Notes: generated from the letters alone by a model not told the origin. Positions 48,040 through 58,151 are shown, numbered from the stretch's first letter. The stretch: DNA of 64,000 nucleotides from an uncultured delta proteobacterium (GCA_963765675.1 CAVXXK010000001.1:96001-160000), one strand, 5' to 3'. A program made the numbers and translations.

Positions 48040-49269
48040 TCAGGTGCGCGCACCGATCACGTTGAGCAGTTTCGAAACGAATTTTGATCCGTCTGGGGCG
48101 CCGTCGCTGGCGAAGCTGGTGTTGCTGCTGGTGATACGGCGCGCGATTTCCTCGACGCTTTTTGCCAGCGGAGAGTTCGGCGCCACCTGCCACAAATCCT
48201 GCGCGCTTAACTGAATCCGCTCGAGAATCTTTTCGTCGCGCGGCACCTTGGCGAAGATTGGCTGCGCCAGAGTATGGCTTAGCTGATCCTCGCCGATTGG
48301 ATGATTCATCACATGACGGCTCAGCACGAAGGTCGGCTCGACATTGCGCAGACCCAGGCGCTGCACCAGATCGACGAATCGCCACGCGCAGCGCGCGGCG
48401 CCGATTGACTGATCGAGCACATAGAAGAGATGCTTGGAGCGCTCCCATGCGGCGACCGAATTCGCGTCGATATGGGTTCCGCAATCGACGATCACGTAGT
48501 CGAATAGCTGGCGCATCAGGTCCAGCACGCCGCCGACCGCGGCGTCGGTCACCATCTCGCTATCCTCGATCCGCTTGGGCGCGGCCATCAGGTACACGCC
48601 CGAGGCGTGCTTGGAAAGCGCGCCTTCGAGCTGAATCGAATCGAGTTTCTTTCCGCCTTCGGTAAGCGCCATGATCGTGCGTTCGGGTTCGAGATTCAAA
48701 AAGACCGAGAGCCCGCTGGTCTGCAGATCGAGATCGACCACCCCGACCCTCTTGTCCATCACGTAGCGCAGTGCGAGCGCCAAGTTACCCGACAGGCTGG
48801 TCACACCGGTGCCGCCGACCAGGCTCACGATCGAAACGATCTGTCCGCCCTCGTGATGCTCTTCGCGGCGGCGCGCCTCGCTGATCTTGAGCAATGCCCG
48901 GGTCACGTCGCCGGGATCGAGCGGCAGAAACAACAGTTCGTCGGCGCCGGCCCGCAGCACCCGTTTCATCAACTCCGGCGAGCGCTCCTCGAGCAGCGCG
49001 AACACCAGCGGCGCCGGACTGAGCTGGGTTTCGCGCTGCAGGCAACCCAGCGCCGTATCTTCATCTCCGTTAAACACCACCATGGTTACGTCGGCCGGCA
49101 CCAGATCGGTGGTATCGGTGTCGGGTTCGAATTCCGCGATATCGAGCGGCGGATCGCCGAGCGCGGCGAGCTCGGTTCGCACCTCGGTGCGCTGCTGCTG
49201 CGCAGCGCACACGAGGTGGACCTTTAGAGCTCCTCGCCGGCTCCCGTTGTTTTGCTTCAGTACTGACAC
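48040..49269 (-). CDS. cpaE: CpaE/TadZ pilus localisation protein (REC-like plus MinD-like)
   Basis: [34 protein letters not shown]; position between cpaC and cpaF. Confidence 0.88.
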   Translation of the reverse strand: MSVLKQNNGSRRGALKVHLVCAAQQQRTEVRTELAALGDPPLDIAEFEPDTDTTDLVPADVTMVVFNGDEDTALGCLQRETQLSPAPLVFALLEERSPELMKRVLRAGADELLFLPLDPGDVTRALLKISEARRREEHHEGGQIVSIVSLVGGTGVTSLSGNLALALRYVMDKRVGVVDLDLQTSGLSVFLNLEPERTIMALTEGGKKLDSIQLEGALSKHASGVYLMAAPKRIEDSEMVTDAAVGGVLDLMRQLFDYVIVDCGTHIDANSVAAWERSKHLFYVLDQSIGAARCAWRFVDLVQRLGLRNVEPTFVLSRHVMNHPIGEDQLSHTLAQPIFAKVPRDEKILERIQLSAQDLWQVAPNSPLAKSVEEIARRITSSNTSFASDGAPDGSKFVSKLLNVIGART

Positions 49270-49312
49270 TGCTTCCTCTCCCTGTTGGCAGTTTCAGTGC
49301 CTGACGGACCGG

Positions 49313-51466
49313 TTAGAACCGGGGACGCGAAGCGTCATACGTCGGCAGCTGCTGAGTCTTGATCGACTCCGGAGTTAGCGGACCCACGTCCGTCGGATTG
49401 TAAGTCTGCGCTCCTTCGGGCAGCGGATGTACGATTTGCGGCGTCACGCTCATCACCAGATCGGTTTCCTGCATCGAGTGCGAGGTCGTGCGGAACAGTC
49501 CGCCGAGATACGGCACATCGCCAAGGTACGGAACCTTGTTCACCACCGAAATCGGATTGTGCAGAATCAGGCCCGCGATGATCAGCGTCTGATTGTCCTT
49601 GAGCCGGACCATGGTTTCCGCGCGCCGGGTCACGAACGCCGGGATGGTGAAACCGAACATGCTCACGCCGTGAGCATAGTCGGGCTGCGAGACTTCGGGT
49701 TTGACCAGCAGCTCGATATTGTTGCGTCCGACCACGGTCGGCACGAACTGCACCGAGGTTCCGAACTGCTTGAACACGATCGAGGTGTTGAGCGCCTGCG
49801 CGATGACGATCGGAATCTCGCCGCCGGACAGGAACTTGGCTTCCTCGCCCGAATTGGCCAGCAGATGCGGCTGGGCGAGGATCTTGGCCAGGTTGTGGGT
49901 CTCGAGGAACTGGAAAAAGCTCTGGGTCTGCACGTTCGAGTTTCCAGCCGCAAGTCCGTAGGTCATGTTCTGCGACAGCAGGAGCGGAATCAGCGAGCCG
50001 CCAGGAGGCAAGGTAGCGGAGCCGCCCGAAACCGTCGTTCCATTGGGCAGCACCTCAGTCAGCGAGCTCTGCGGGCTGAACGGCGTCGCCACCGCACCCG
50101 GCATCCCGAACATCGACACGCCATAGTTCGAGAGCGCGAGCGAAAGGTTCACGCCCTGATTTTCGATATTGCTGCGATCCAGCTCGGCGACCACGCAATT
50201 GAGCAACACCTGCTCTTTTCCGCTCGCGTCGATCCGGACCTGGCGCTCGTCATAGCGCCCCTGGTTGTTCCAGACCGCCAGCGTGGTGAATCCGGGCTTG
50301 TGTCCGATCAGATTGATCTGGAACGGATTGATCACCTGGATATCCGCGATATTGGTATCGGCGATCGAGACGCGCCGAATCCGCGCGGGAAAGTCGATGA
50401 TCTGCGAGGTGCCGGTCATCATGTCGATCGTGTCTTCGGGCAGCGGATGAGTTCCGCCCGAAACCGCGGTGGTCGGATAATCGCCGCCGGACATCGCGAT
50501 CGACGGATCGGTGCGAAACTTCTCCGTCGAATTCTCCGCCGCCGCCTGGCTCGGAATTACCGGGTTGATCGGCTGCGCGCCCGCACCCAGTGCGGGAGGC
50601 AGCGTGGCCGCCGCAGCCATAGGAGCGGAGACAGAAGGAGCCGATATCGGAGCTGCCGCCGCAATCGGCGCTGAGGGGCTTGCGGCAGCAGCGGCCGACA
50701 CGTCAGCCGTCGCACTTGCCGCAGGCGCGCTCGGCGCCGGAGCGATGTCGGTGATCGGTTCGATAGTCGACGAGCTGGACGGAGCCGCCGTCGGAGCCGA
50801 CGCCGCAATCGCCGCCGGCGAGGTCTCGGCTGCTGGTGCTGACGCGCTCGTATCAGAGCTGGCCGACGGTGAAGCCACCGCCGCAGCCGCGCTCGCGGAA
50901 GCAGCAGCGGAAGCCGCCGCCGACGCCGCGGTATCAGAAGGAGCGCTCACCGCCGGAGCAGACGCACCCGGAACATCGGCCGCCGTTACCGGCGGACTGT
51001 CGCTGGTGCTGGTGACCGGACCGGTGCCCGGATCCGCCCTTGCGATCACTGGAGCCGCGGAGCCGGATTTAAGTCCGGTGCCCGCGATCGCCGGCGGCGC
51101 GTCGCCGGGCTTGTTGATATCGCCGCTGTTGGCGACTGCATTGACGGTTACGTCGTACACGGTATCGCCGCTCGCGGTCTTGAGCGTCACCGCCCATTCG
51201 CCCGACTCGGCGCCGAGCAGCACTACTTTGCCCGGGTCTTCGTTGTGCACGACCAGCGCGTGAGGATTATTGATCACACGCACTCCCGGCGTGGCGCCTG
51301 GAGCGACATTGTCGATTACGTAGGTTTCGCCCGCATTGAGCGACACCGAGATCTGCGAGCCGCCGTCGGCAGCCGCAAAGGACAGGCCCGGCCGAAACAG
51401 GAGCAGGCTAATGGCGGCCGCCAGCCACGGAAGGATTCCACATCCTCGTTTTGGTTTCATTGTCAT
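49313..51466 (-). CDS. cpaC: CpaC/RcpA secretin with long Ala/Ser/Pro linker
   Basis: Signal peptide; RVSIADTNIAD, LAQPHLLANSGEEAKFLSGGEIPI, VPYLGDVPYLGGLFR. Confidence 0.92.
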   Translation of the reverse strand: MTMKPKRGCGILPWLAAAISLLLFRPGLSFAAADGGSQISVSLNAGETYVIDNVAPGATPGVRVINNPHALVVHNEDPGKVVLLGAESGEWAVTLKTASGDTVYDVTVNAVANSGDINKPGDAPPAIAGTGLKSGSAAPVIARADPGTGPVTSTSDSPPVTAADVPGASAPAVSAPSDTAASAAASAAASASAAAAVASPSASSDTSASAPAAETSPAAIAASAPTAAPSSSSTIEPITDIAPAPSAPAASATADVSAAAAASPSAPIAAAAPISAPSVSAPMAAAATLPPALGAGAQPINPVIPSQAAAENSTEKFRTDPSIAMSGGDYPTTAVSGGTHPLPEDTIDMMTGTSQIIDFPARIRRVSIADTNIADIQVINPFQINLIGHKPGFTTLAVWNNQGRYDERQVRIDASGKEQVLLNCVVAELDRSNIENQGVNLSLALSNYGVSMFGMPGAVATPFSPQSSLTEVLPNGTTVSGGSATLPPGGSLIPLLLSQNMTYGLAAGNSNVQTQSFFQFLETHNLAKILAQPHLLANSGEEAKFLSGGEIPIVIAQALNTSIVFKQFGTSVQFVPTVVGRNNIELLVKPEVSQPDYAHGVSMFGFTIPAFVTRRAETMVRLKDNQTLIIAGLILHNPISVVNKVPYLGDVPYLGGLFRTTSHSMQETDLVMSVTPQIVHPLPEGAQTYNPTDVGPLTPESIKTQQLPTYDASRPRF

Positions 51467-51490
51467 CTCCTCAACCTTCTTCCACCTGCG

Positions 51491-52630
51491 TCATGGGACA
51501 TCGATAGTTTTTGGCGACGGCGTATATGAGGGCATCGAGCCTGTCATCGAGGCGTCGCCAGCGGTTACCGCGACTCCGTGCGGAGCGGGCAGTGGCGCGG
51601 CGGTGGATACCGCGGCGTCCTTGGCCGGGCTGGAATCGTTCTCGGAGACCTTCTCGGCGCCGCTCGCCTCATCATGATCGTCAGACGCGGCCGATGCGGT
51701 CTTGTCCGGCGCCGCAGCTTCGGTATCGGCGGTGGACGCGGTCTTCCGATGCCGATGCGGCTGTTCGCTGGCGGCCTCGTTGATAAAGGACATGGACTCG
51801 GAGCTCTTGCCGTTGCGATAGATCTCGACCTGGAACGGCTGCCGCCGCGGAGCCGCCGGCGCGTAGGCGCGGCGCGGTGCGGGCTGCGGAGACATCACCG
51901 GAACGTCGGGCTCAAGGCTGTAGGCGCGTAGCATTTGCGCAACGTCAGAGCCGCTGGTGAGCACAATCTTGTTATCGTTGTAATTACGCATCGCCAAACG
52001 CAGCGACCCTTCACGGCTAGCCAGCGCAAGGCGTTCGGCCTCCTGCGGCGATACCAGCAGGGTCACGACCTTAACCACCTCGGGCGCGTCCTTCTTCATC
52101 TCGATTTCCTGCGCAACCGCAAGAACCTCGACATTCTGGAGAACGATCTTCGCCAGCGGCTTGCTGTTCGCGTCCGAACCGGTGAGCGCGACCAGCACGT
52201 CGACACGGGTATGCGGCAGAACGAAACCGGCGATGTCGCTGACTTCGTCAACCGGCACCGATACCGCGCGCATCCCGAACGGGATCAAGAGCGGCATCAC
52301 GCCCGCCGTCTTCTGGCCCAGGAACAGCTTGTTGGCCACGATCGGCTCGTTGGACACGAACTGGCTCTTGACGTAGCTGCCAATTGCCTGATGCATGTCG
52401 GTGTACGCGCCCTCGGGAATCGCGTCGCTGGACCACTTGGCCAGCTTGAGCTCACTCGCTTCGATCTTGGTGCCGAGCGGCAAGTCGTAGGCCGCCACCA
52501 CGATCTCGACATTCTTGGCAAGCGCCTGCTGGACCTCGGCCTCGCGCCGTTTGAGCGCCGAGTAGACCACCACCGCAGCCAGCATCGCCGCCAACCCCGC
52601 GAGCACGACGAATACTATCGGTCGTCTCAT
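51491..52630 (-). CDS. cpaB: Flp pilus assembly protein CpaB/RcpC
   Basis: SAF domain VVAAYDLPLGT; GMRAVSVPVD, RVDVL, VLQNVEVLAV, VTLLVSPQEAERL. Confidence 0.93.
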   Translation of the reverse strand: MRRPIVFVVLAGLAAMLAAVVVYSALKRREAEVQQALAKNVEIVVAAYDLPLGTKIEASELKLAKWSSDAIPEGAYTDMHQAIGSYVKSQFVSNEPIVANKLFLGQKTAGVMPLLIPFGMRAVSVPVDEVSDIAGFVLPHTRVDVLVALTGSDANSKPLAKIVLQNVEVLAVAQEIEMKKDAPEVVKVVTLLVSPQEAERLALASREGSLRLAMRNYNDNKIVLTSGSDVAQMLRAYSLEPDVPVMSPQPAPRRAYAPAAPRRQPFQVEIYRNGKSSESMSFINEAASEQPHRHRKTASTADTEAAAPDKTASAASDDHDEASGAEKVSENDSSPAKDAAVSTAAPLPAPHGVAVTAGDASMTGSMPSYTPSPKTIDVP

Positions 52631-52734
52631 TTCACCCCTCCCCGCCGGCGGCGCTAGCGCGCGCCGGTCGCCAGTCTATTCTCCGTCAATTAGTCACTCC
52701 GCCCTCCCGGCGGCCGTGAGCATTGAAGTTAGTA

Positions 52735-52750
52735 CGCAAGTTAAGTGCCA
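52735..52750 (-). promoter_or_regulatory. Sigma-54 (-24/-12) promoter for the cpaB operon
   Basis: TGGCACTTAACTTGCG: GG-N10-GC, matching TGGCAC-N5-TTGC, ~105 bp upstream of cpaB. Confidence 0.75.
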
Positions 52751-52893
52751 CCACTGTCTATTTTCTGGCTATTTGCATTATACCCAGTTTTAGTTCCACG
52801 GCCGTCCCGAGCACTGGACGGACCAATGCACCCCGAAGCTTAAGCGTCGTGCCCCTCGATCAAACAGGAACTGTCGGGATGAATTGTCGCTGA

Positions 52894-53061
52894 CTAAAGG
52901 AGAGGACCCACCTTGTTGACGAGCGTCGTCAGAACGGTGCCCGCGCTCGTGTACAAGGAGACCAACACGGCCGCGACGGTTGCTAGGATCAGGGCGTACT
53001 CGGTCATGGTCTGGCCACGGCTCGCTCGGCTCATGCTGGATATCGAAGAGTTCTTGCTCAT
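52894..53061 (-). CDS. flp: Flp family type IVb pilin (divergent third copy)
   Basis: Hand translation MSKNSSISSMSRASRG/QTMTEYALILATVAAVLV...GPLL; not in the ORF track. Confidence 0.85.
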   Translation of the reverse strand: MSKNSSISSMSRASRGQTMTEYALILATVAAVLVSLYTSAGTVLTTLVNKVGPLL

Positions 53062-53097
53062 CACGTCCCCTCCCAGGGAAATTGGCTATGGGTCGAA

Positions 53098-53136
53098 TTT
53101 ATTGAAGAGGGCCCTAATCGAGCCCTCTTCAATAAA
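53098..53136. terminator. Strong hairpin between pilin 2 and pilin 3
   Basis: TTTATTGAAGAGGGC-loop-GCCCTCTTCAATAAA. Confidence 0.6.
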
Positions 53137-53166
53137 ACCGGCTGAAGCCAGGCGTGCGGCTATCCC

Positions 53167-53337
53167 CTAGAGCTGGCCGTCGACACCGGTCAACAGGCTC
53201 GAGATGTCGGTACCCATGGTCTGGTAGCCGACGAACACGACCACCGCGACTGCCGAGAGGATCAACGCATACTCAGTCATCGTCTGACCGCGCGAAGCCT
53301 CCCGAGCCTTCACGTACACTTTAGCGAGCCAGTTCAT
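53167..53337 (-). CDS. flp: Flp family type IVb pilin
   Basis: MNWLAKVYVKAREASRG/QTMTEYALILSAVAVVVFVGYQTMG...VDGQL; AGGAG RBS; not in the ORF track. Confidence 0.9.
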   Translation of the reverse strand: MNWLAKVYVKAREASRGQTMTEYALILSAVAVVVFVGYQTMGTDISSLLTGVDGQL

Positions 53338-53405
53338 CCCGATCTCCTGGTGTTAGGTGCGGTAGCGCGGACGGCCGGAGATTTCCGGCCGCCCGCGGTT
53401 TTGCT

Positions 53406-53579
53406 TTACAGCTGGCCGTCAACGCTGGTGAGCAGTGATTTGATATCAGTGCCCATCGTTTGGTAGCCGACGAATACGACCACCGCGACTGCTGAGAGGA
53501 TCAACGCGTACTCAGTCATCGTCTGACCGCGCGAAACCTCGCGAGCCTTCACATACATCTTCGTTAAAAAGTTGCGCAT
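53406..53579 (-). CDS. flp: Flp family type IVb pilin
   Basis: MRNFLTKMYVKAREVSRG/QTMTEYALILSAVAVVVFVGY; AGGAGG RBS. Confidence 0.9.
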   Translation of the reverse strand: MRNFLTKMYVKAREVSRGQTMTEYALILSAVAVVVFVGYQTMGTDIKSLLTSVDGQL

Positions 53580-53860
53580 ACCATGTCCTCCTGGGTCTGG
53601 TTTTTCCTGGCCGAAATTGGCCATTGTCCCCGATCGTTAAATTTGGCTCGGTACCGATTACCAAGTAGTATTAAACTTGGTAATCGTACCGGCGCCGAAA
53701 CCCCCACTCTTCCTTCCCACCCCTTCGCGCAAGCTCGCGCCACATGCGGACGCGTCTTCCTCCCCCGTAATACCGACAAGCCACCGTCACCAAATTCCCG
53801 TCCAGGCATACCGAACTGGGCGGGAGCGTGTTTTAGCGACCTAATCGCGTCATCGGATGG

Positions 53861-53876
53861 AGCATCTCTTGTGCCA
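53861..53876 (-). promoter_or_regulatory. Sigma-54 promoter for the flp pilins
   Basis: TGGCACAAGAGATGCT = GG-N10-GC. Confidence 0.65.
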
Positions 53877-54192
53877 GAACCAAGGCCTCGCGAATTGTAG
53901 GGTTTCCGTACCTGAAGTACGGCCAATGCAGGCGGCCGTGCAACTTTTGGTTGCTGGAACGCAACATAATGTAGGAAAAACCCCGTTGGAGGTGGGAAAA
54001 GCGTGCTAAGGCTAGTGATGCAGCTTCACAGCACTACGATGAGTAGCATTAATGCTACGGAATGTAGGAAAATGACGGTCGGCTTAAATGATAAGACGCT
54101 GCTAATCGTGATGTAACGCGCCTCGCGATGTAATTCCGCCAAGGGCGTTTTTTGGCAACGCTGATGGAAGTCGAGGATGTCCCGGAAGGCCG

Positions 54193-54223
54193 AAAAAAGC
54201 CGCGCGGGATGCCCGGCGCGGCT
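54193..54223 (-). terminator. Rho-independent terminator after the LLM-ADC operon
   Basis: On the minus strand, AGCCGCGCCGGG...CCCGCGCGGCT followed by a T-run. Confidence 0.7.
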
Positions 54224-54251
54224 CTGAATCGAACGACTGTCAGGATGCCCG

Positions 54252-55010
54252 CTAAGCCGCGACTTTGGTCGTCCCCTGCATCGCGGGTAGTTCTGGATTG
54301 CAGATATAGCGGATATGCGGGAGCGTCATGTCGGCGGTCGCGAAACAGGCCATGATCGGATTCATTAGGCGCAGGCTTGAGGCAGTGGCGCCAAAGGCGG
54401 CCGGATCGATCGTGACCACGCGTGGCTTGCCGCGCTCGGCCTTTGAGAAAGTATATTCGGGATCGACCTGGACCAGCACCAGCTTGCCGTCGTCGCTGTT
54501 ACGCGCCAGATGCATCGAGGCGATGTACTGGATGTCGGCGCCGGATATGGCGTCGCGATCCAACAACTCGACCTCGAGAGCGGTCTTGCCGCCGACCACG
54601 ATCTTGCCGACGATTCGATCGTGGCGCAGCGCGATACTGACCGTCCCCGGCGCAACCGGGTAGCCCCATCTGGCCGCCAACTCCTTGCGCGCAGCGTCGT
54701 TATCGCAGTAGCTGCGCAGAACGAAGCCGCGCGGGCGCACGCCGGTGCGTCCGGCGACTCGAACCTCTCCAATCGTAAACGGGCCCCACGGACTCGCGGG
54801 CGCATGCATCAGGTTCAGGATCGCGTACGCAGGAATCGCGGGATGCATCGTATGCGGGATCAGCGCGTCGGCGGGATCGTCGTCGATCTCGTTGTGAAGC
54901 TCGAGAATCTGCACGCCCTTGAGCACGAGCTGATCGGTCTTGTAGCCATTGATCGCGGAAGCGAACTTGGCGAACGAATTCAAATCCAGGTTTCCCAAAC
55001 GCGGCGGCAT
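54252..55010 (-). CDS. Acetoacetate decarboxylase-like family protein
   Basis: ADALIP..MHP, SPWGPF, YCDNDAA...RWGYP; start overlaps the LLM stop. Confidence 0.7.
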   Translation of the reverse strand: MPPRLGNLDLNSFAKFASAINGYKTDQLVLKGVQILELHNEIDDDPADALIPHTMHPAIPAYAILNLMHAPASPWGPFTIGEVRVAGRTGVRPRGFVLRSYCDNDAARKELAARWGYPVAPGTVSIALRHDRIVGKIVVGGKTALEVELLDRDAISGADIQYIASMHLARNSDDGKLVLVQVDPEYTFSKAERGKPRVVTIDPAAFGATASSLRLMNPIMACFATADMTLPHIRYICNPELPAMQGTTKVAA

Positions 55011-56122
55011 CAGCGGCCTCCTGCGGCAGCGGCGGCGGCGTCGCCCTTGGTCTGAAACTGCGGCATCACTTCTTTGGCGAAGAGGCGCAAGCTCGCGAGG
55101 ACTTTTTCCTGCGGGATAGTCTCGAGCGCGTTCAGCAGGAAGTTGACGCGATCGACGCCGCACGCTTCCCATTTCTTGAGCTCGCGAGTGATTCGCGCGG
55201 GATTGCCGATCGCGATTCCTTCGGGCGCGCCGGATTCGTCGCCGGGTCCCGCCACGTCGCGCCTGAGCGACGGCAGCAGTCCGAGCGAAGGATACGACTT
55301 GGTCGGATAGGCCTCGCGCGCGGCCAGCAACTGCGCGGCAAGGTAGTTGAACGATCCCGTCATCCGCTTGCCGATCTTCACGCCCTCGGCATCGTCCTCG
55401 TGACAATAGAGGAAATTGACGGTCGACACCGCCTCGTTGACGAATGAACCGACCGGCGTGCAGTTCTTGATGATCTTGCGATAGCGCTTGACCTTTTCGT
55501 CCTGCTCGGCGAATCCGCCGAAGGTCAGACCAAGGCTGCCCATCCCGCGCTCGGCGGCGTCGATTTCAGTACCCGGACTGGTGACGGCGACCCACATCGG
55601 CGGATGCGGCTTCTGGAACGGTTTGGGCACGATGGTCCGCTGCGGCATCGACCACGAGCGGCCCTCGTACGAATAGCGTTCCTGGGTCCACATCTTGGGC
55701 AGGCAGTGGACGAACTCGTCCCAGGTCTTTTTGGTCTCGTCGGGATTGGCGCGGAAACCGCCCAACTCGGTCCAGGTGGCGGAACGTCCGGTGCCGACCT
55801 CGAGGCGTCCGCCGGAAAGGATATCGAGCACAGCGGTGCGCTCGGCAATTTTGATCGGATGATTGAACTCGGGCACGCAGACGACGATTCCGTGGCCGAC
55901 CCGGATTCGCTTGGTAATCATCGCGCACGCGGTCAGAAACAACTCCGGCGCGGGACAATGCGAATACTCTTCGAGGAAGTGATGCTCGACGGCCCAGACA
56001 TTATCGAAGCCGAGTTCGTCGGCGAGCTTCACCTGTTCCAGACAGCGATCATAGACGGTTTTTTCCGTGTCAGGACCCCATGGACGCGGCACGGAAATTT
56101 CATAGAAGAGACCGAATTTCAT
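55010..56122 (-). CDS. LLM class flavin-dependent oxidoreductase
   Basis: MKFGLFYE, ADELGFDNVWAVEHHF, HPIKIAER, LDILSGGRLEVGTGR, PKPFQKPHPP. Confidence 0.93.
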   Translation of the reverse strand: MKFGLFYEISVPRPWGPDTEKTVYDRCLEQVKLADELGFDNVWAVEHHFLEEYSHCPAPELFLTACAMITKRIRVGHGIVVCVPEFNHPIKIAERTAVLDILSGGRLEVGTGRSATWTELGGFRANPDETKKTWDEFVHCLPKMWTQERYSYEGRSWSMPQRTIVPKPFQKPHPPMWVAVTSPGTEIDAAERGMGSLGLTFGGFAEQDEKVKRYRKIIKNCTPVGSFVNEAVSTVNFLYCHEDDAEGVKIGKRMTGSFNYLAAQLLAAREAYPTKSYPSLGLLPSLRRDVAGPGDESGAPEGIAIGNPARITRELKKWEACGVDRVNFLLNALETIPQEKVLASLRLFAKEVMPQFQTKGDAAAAAAGGR

Positions 56123-56211
56123 GGATTCACCTCCGGCGGATGGCGCTCCATCCATACCGACCGTTTAGCGCAATCCTGCGCCAAGCGGAAGTCCTGCGCG
56201 CAACAGGACAG

Positions 56212-56607
56212 TCAGCGGTTCGCGAGCGTATCAACCGCGCCGGCGGTGATCAGATTCCGGTCAGCGGTTACGAGCGTGAGCTCGTAGGCGCGCGCCGTCG
56301 CGACAAGCAGTCGATCGATCGGGTCGCCATGCGGAAGGATAAACCGCGCCGCTTCGAGCGCGACCTGGTTGGTTAGAGTAGCTTCGTGAAAACCGGCGAT
56401 CCCGATACTCTCGGAGACCCAAACACCAAATTCCTTCTCGATCGCAATTCTGCGCTTCGCGACCAGATTGTAGAACTCGAGAATGCTCAGAGGTGAGAGC
56501 CATTTTTCATTGGCGGAGTCCGCGAGGACGCGAGTCAGATTCGCCGAGAGCCGCTCGGTTTCGAACATGCCCCAGAGCCAAATGTGCGTGTCGAGCAGGA
56601 GCCTCAA
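56212..56607 (-). CDS. vapC: VapC-family PIN toxin
   Basis: LLLDTHIWLW, HGDPIDRLLVATA, LVTADR. Confidence 0.92.
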   Translation of the reverse strand: MRLLLDTHIWLWGMFETERLSANLTRVLADSANEKWLSPLSILEFYNLVAKRRIAIEKEFGVWVSESIGIAGFHEATLTNQVALEAARFILPHGDPIDRLLVATARAYELTLVTADRNLITAGAVDTLANR

Positions 56608-56873
56608 TCGTCTTTGAACGCGTAGGGATATTTGAACGCGTCGTAGTCTTCGATGGGAACGACGGGCTCAATTATGTCGCCGATGATGCGCGCGGTACCT
56701 GCCATCGAGCCAAGCCATTGTCTGGCAGCGGGTTTCTCCTCGAGCGGAGAAATTTGAGCGACGGGTTTTCCGAATTTCGTGATCACAACTGGCTTTCCTG
56801 TTCGGTGGACGCGATCGATAATCTTCAGGCAGGTCGCCTTAAACTTCGACACCGATATCGATTGCGTTGCCAT
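56604..56873 (-). CDS. Phd/YefM antitoxin
   Basis: ISVSKFKATCLKIIDRV..TGKPVVITKFGKPVAQI. Confidence 0.92.
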   Translation of the reverse strand: MATQSISVSKFKATCLKIIDRVHRTGKPVVITKFGKPVAQISPLEEKPAARQWLGSMAGTARIIGDIIEPVVPIEDYDAFKYPYAFKDD

Positions 56874-56882
56874 GCGCTCATT

Positions 56883-56907
56883 TGACCATAGTCGATGACC
56901 ATGGTCA
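56883..56907. promoter_or_regulatory. Probable TA operator (TGACCATAGTC / TGACCATGGTCA tandem palindromes)
   Basis: Directly upstream of the antitoxin start. Confidence 0.6.
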
Positions 56908-56921
56908 AAACGTCCGCGATC

Positions 56922-58151
56922 TCAACGCGTATGCAGGTCGACGCCCATACGTTCGCGGCCCAGCAGAATCACGACCGCCGCCGTTAGCATCACGATCGCG
57001 GCGACGCCGGCGAGCGCGGTTTGATAGCCGAAGGTCTGGGCGATCAGCGCTTCGCCGAACGCGGCGTAGGACGCGAACAGCACGCCGAGCTGATACGCAA
57101 CGCCGGAGAATAGCCCGCGCGCTTCCGGCGGCGACATCTCCGCCAGATGCGCCGGCACAACGCCCCACGCGCCCTGCACCATGAACTGCATCAGGAATGC
57201 GCCGAACGCGAGCCAGATGAGCGATTGCGGGTAGATCCAAAGCGGAATCACCAGGCCCGCCATGATCACCGACGCCGCCATCGTGTAGCGCCGTCCGATC
57301 CGGTCCGACCAGTAGCCGAAGAACAGGCCGCCCAGAATCGCGCCCACGTTGTACACCACCGCAATCGTCGCGACGGTACGCGCGTCGAGTCCGCGCGCCT
57401 TTTGCAAGAAGGTCGGATACAGGTCCTGGGTTCCGTGCGATACAAAATTCATCGCCGTCATCAGCACGATCAGATAGATGAACGGCTTCAGGTCGCGGCG
57501 AATCGCGCCTGCGATCGCGTGACGATCCGGGCGGGTGCGTTCCCACGATTCCGACTCGGGCACTTTGCTGCGGATGTAGATCGTCAGCAGCGCCGGCAAT
57601 CCACCGACGAAAAACATCGCGCGCCATCCGAAGTACGGAAACACGAAAAAGAACGCACCCGCCGCCAGCAGGTATCCGACCGCGTAACCTTCCTGAAGCA
57701 GACCCGAGAAGAATCCGCGCTGGCGGTTCCCGACCGCTTCCATCGCAAGCGACGCGCCCACACCCCACTCGCCACCCATCCCGATTCCATACAGCGCGCG
57801 CAGGATCAGGAACACGGTGTAGTTGGGCGCGAAGCCGCTGGCGACTTCGATGATCGAGTAGAAAACGATATCGATCATTAGAGGAACGCGGCGTCCGTAG
57901 CGATCCGCGATCCATCCGAACAACACCGCGCCAACCGGACGCATCGCAAGCGTCGCGGTGATCGTGAAGGCAACGTCGGCGACCGAGCGATGGAATTCCT
58001 TTGCGATCGTCGGCAGGACAAAGACCAGGATGAAGAAATCGAACGCGTCGAGCGTCCATCCGAGGAAGCTCGCGACGAGCGTATGCGCCGCTTCGCTGCG
58101 CGTGAGCGCGCGCGGCTCGGCCGCGGGAGTTCTCGCACCGTCCGGATTCAT
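56922..58151 (-). CDS. MFS transporter (sialate/carboxylate SHS, Jen1/NanT-like)
   Basis: GWTLDAFDF, DRYGRR, GIGMGGEWG, SHGTQDLYPTFL, QGAWGVVP. Confidence 0.9.
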   Translation of the reverse strand: MNPDGARTPAAEPRALTRSEAAHTLVASFLGWTLDAFDFFILVFVLPTIAKEFHRSVADVAFTITATLAMRPVGAVLFGWIADRYGRRVPLMIDIVFYSIIEVASGFAPNYTVFLILRALYGIGMGGEWGVGASLAMEAVGNRQRGFFSGLLQEGYAVGYLLAAGAFFFVFPYFGWRAMFFVGGLPALLTIYIRSKVPESESWERTRPDRHAIAGAIRRDLKPFIYLIVLMTAMNFVSHGTQDLYPTFLQKARGLDARTVATIAVVYNVGAILGGLFFGYWSDRIGRRYTMAASVIMAGLVIPLWIYPQSLIWLAFGAFLMQFMVQGAWGVVPAHLAEMSPPEARGLFSGVAYQLGVLFASYAAFGEALIAQTFGYQTALAGVAAIVMLTAAVVILLGRERMGVDLHTR

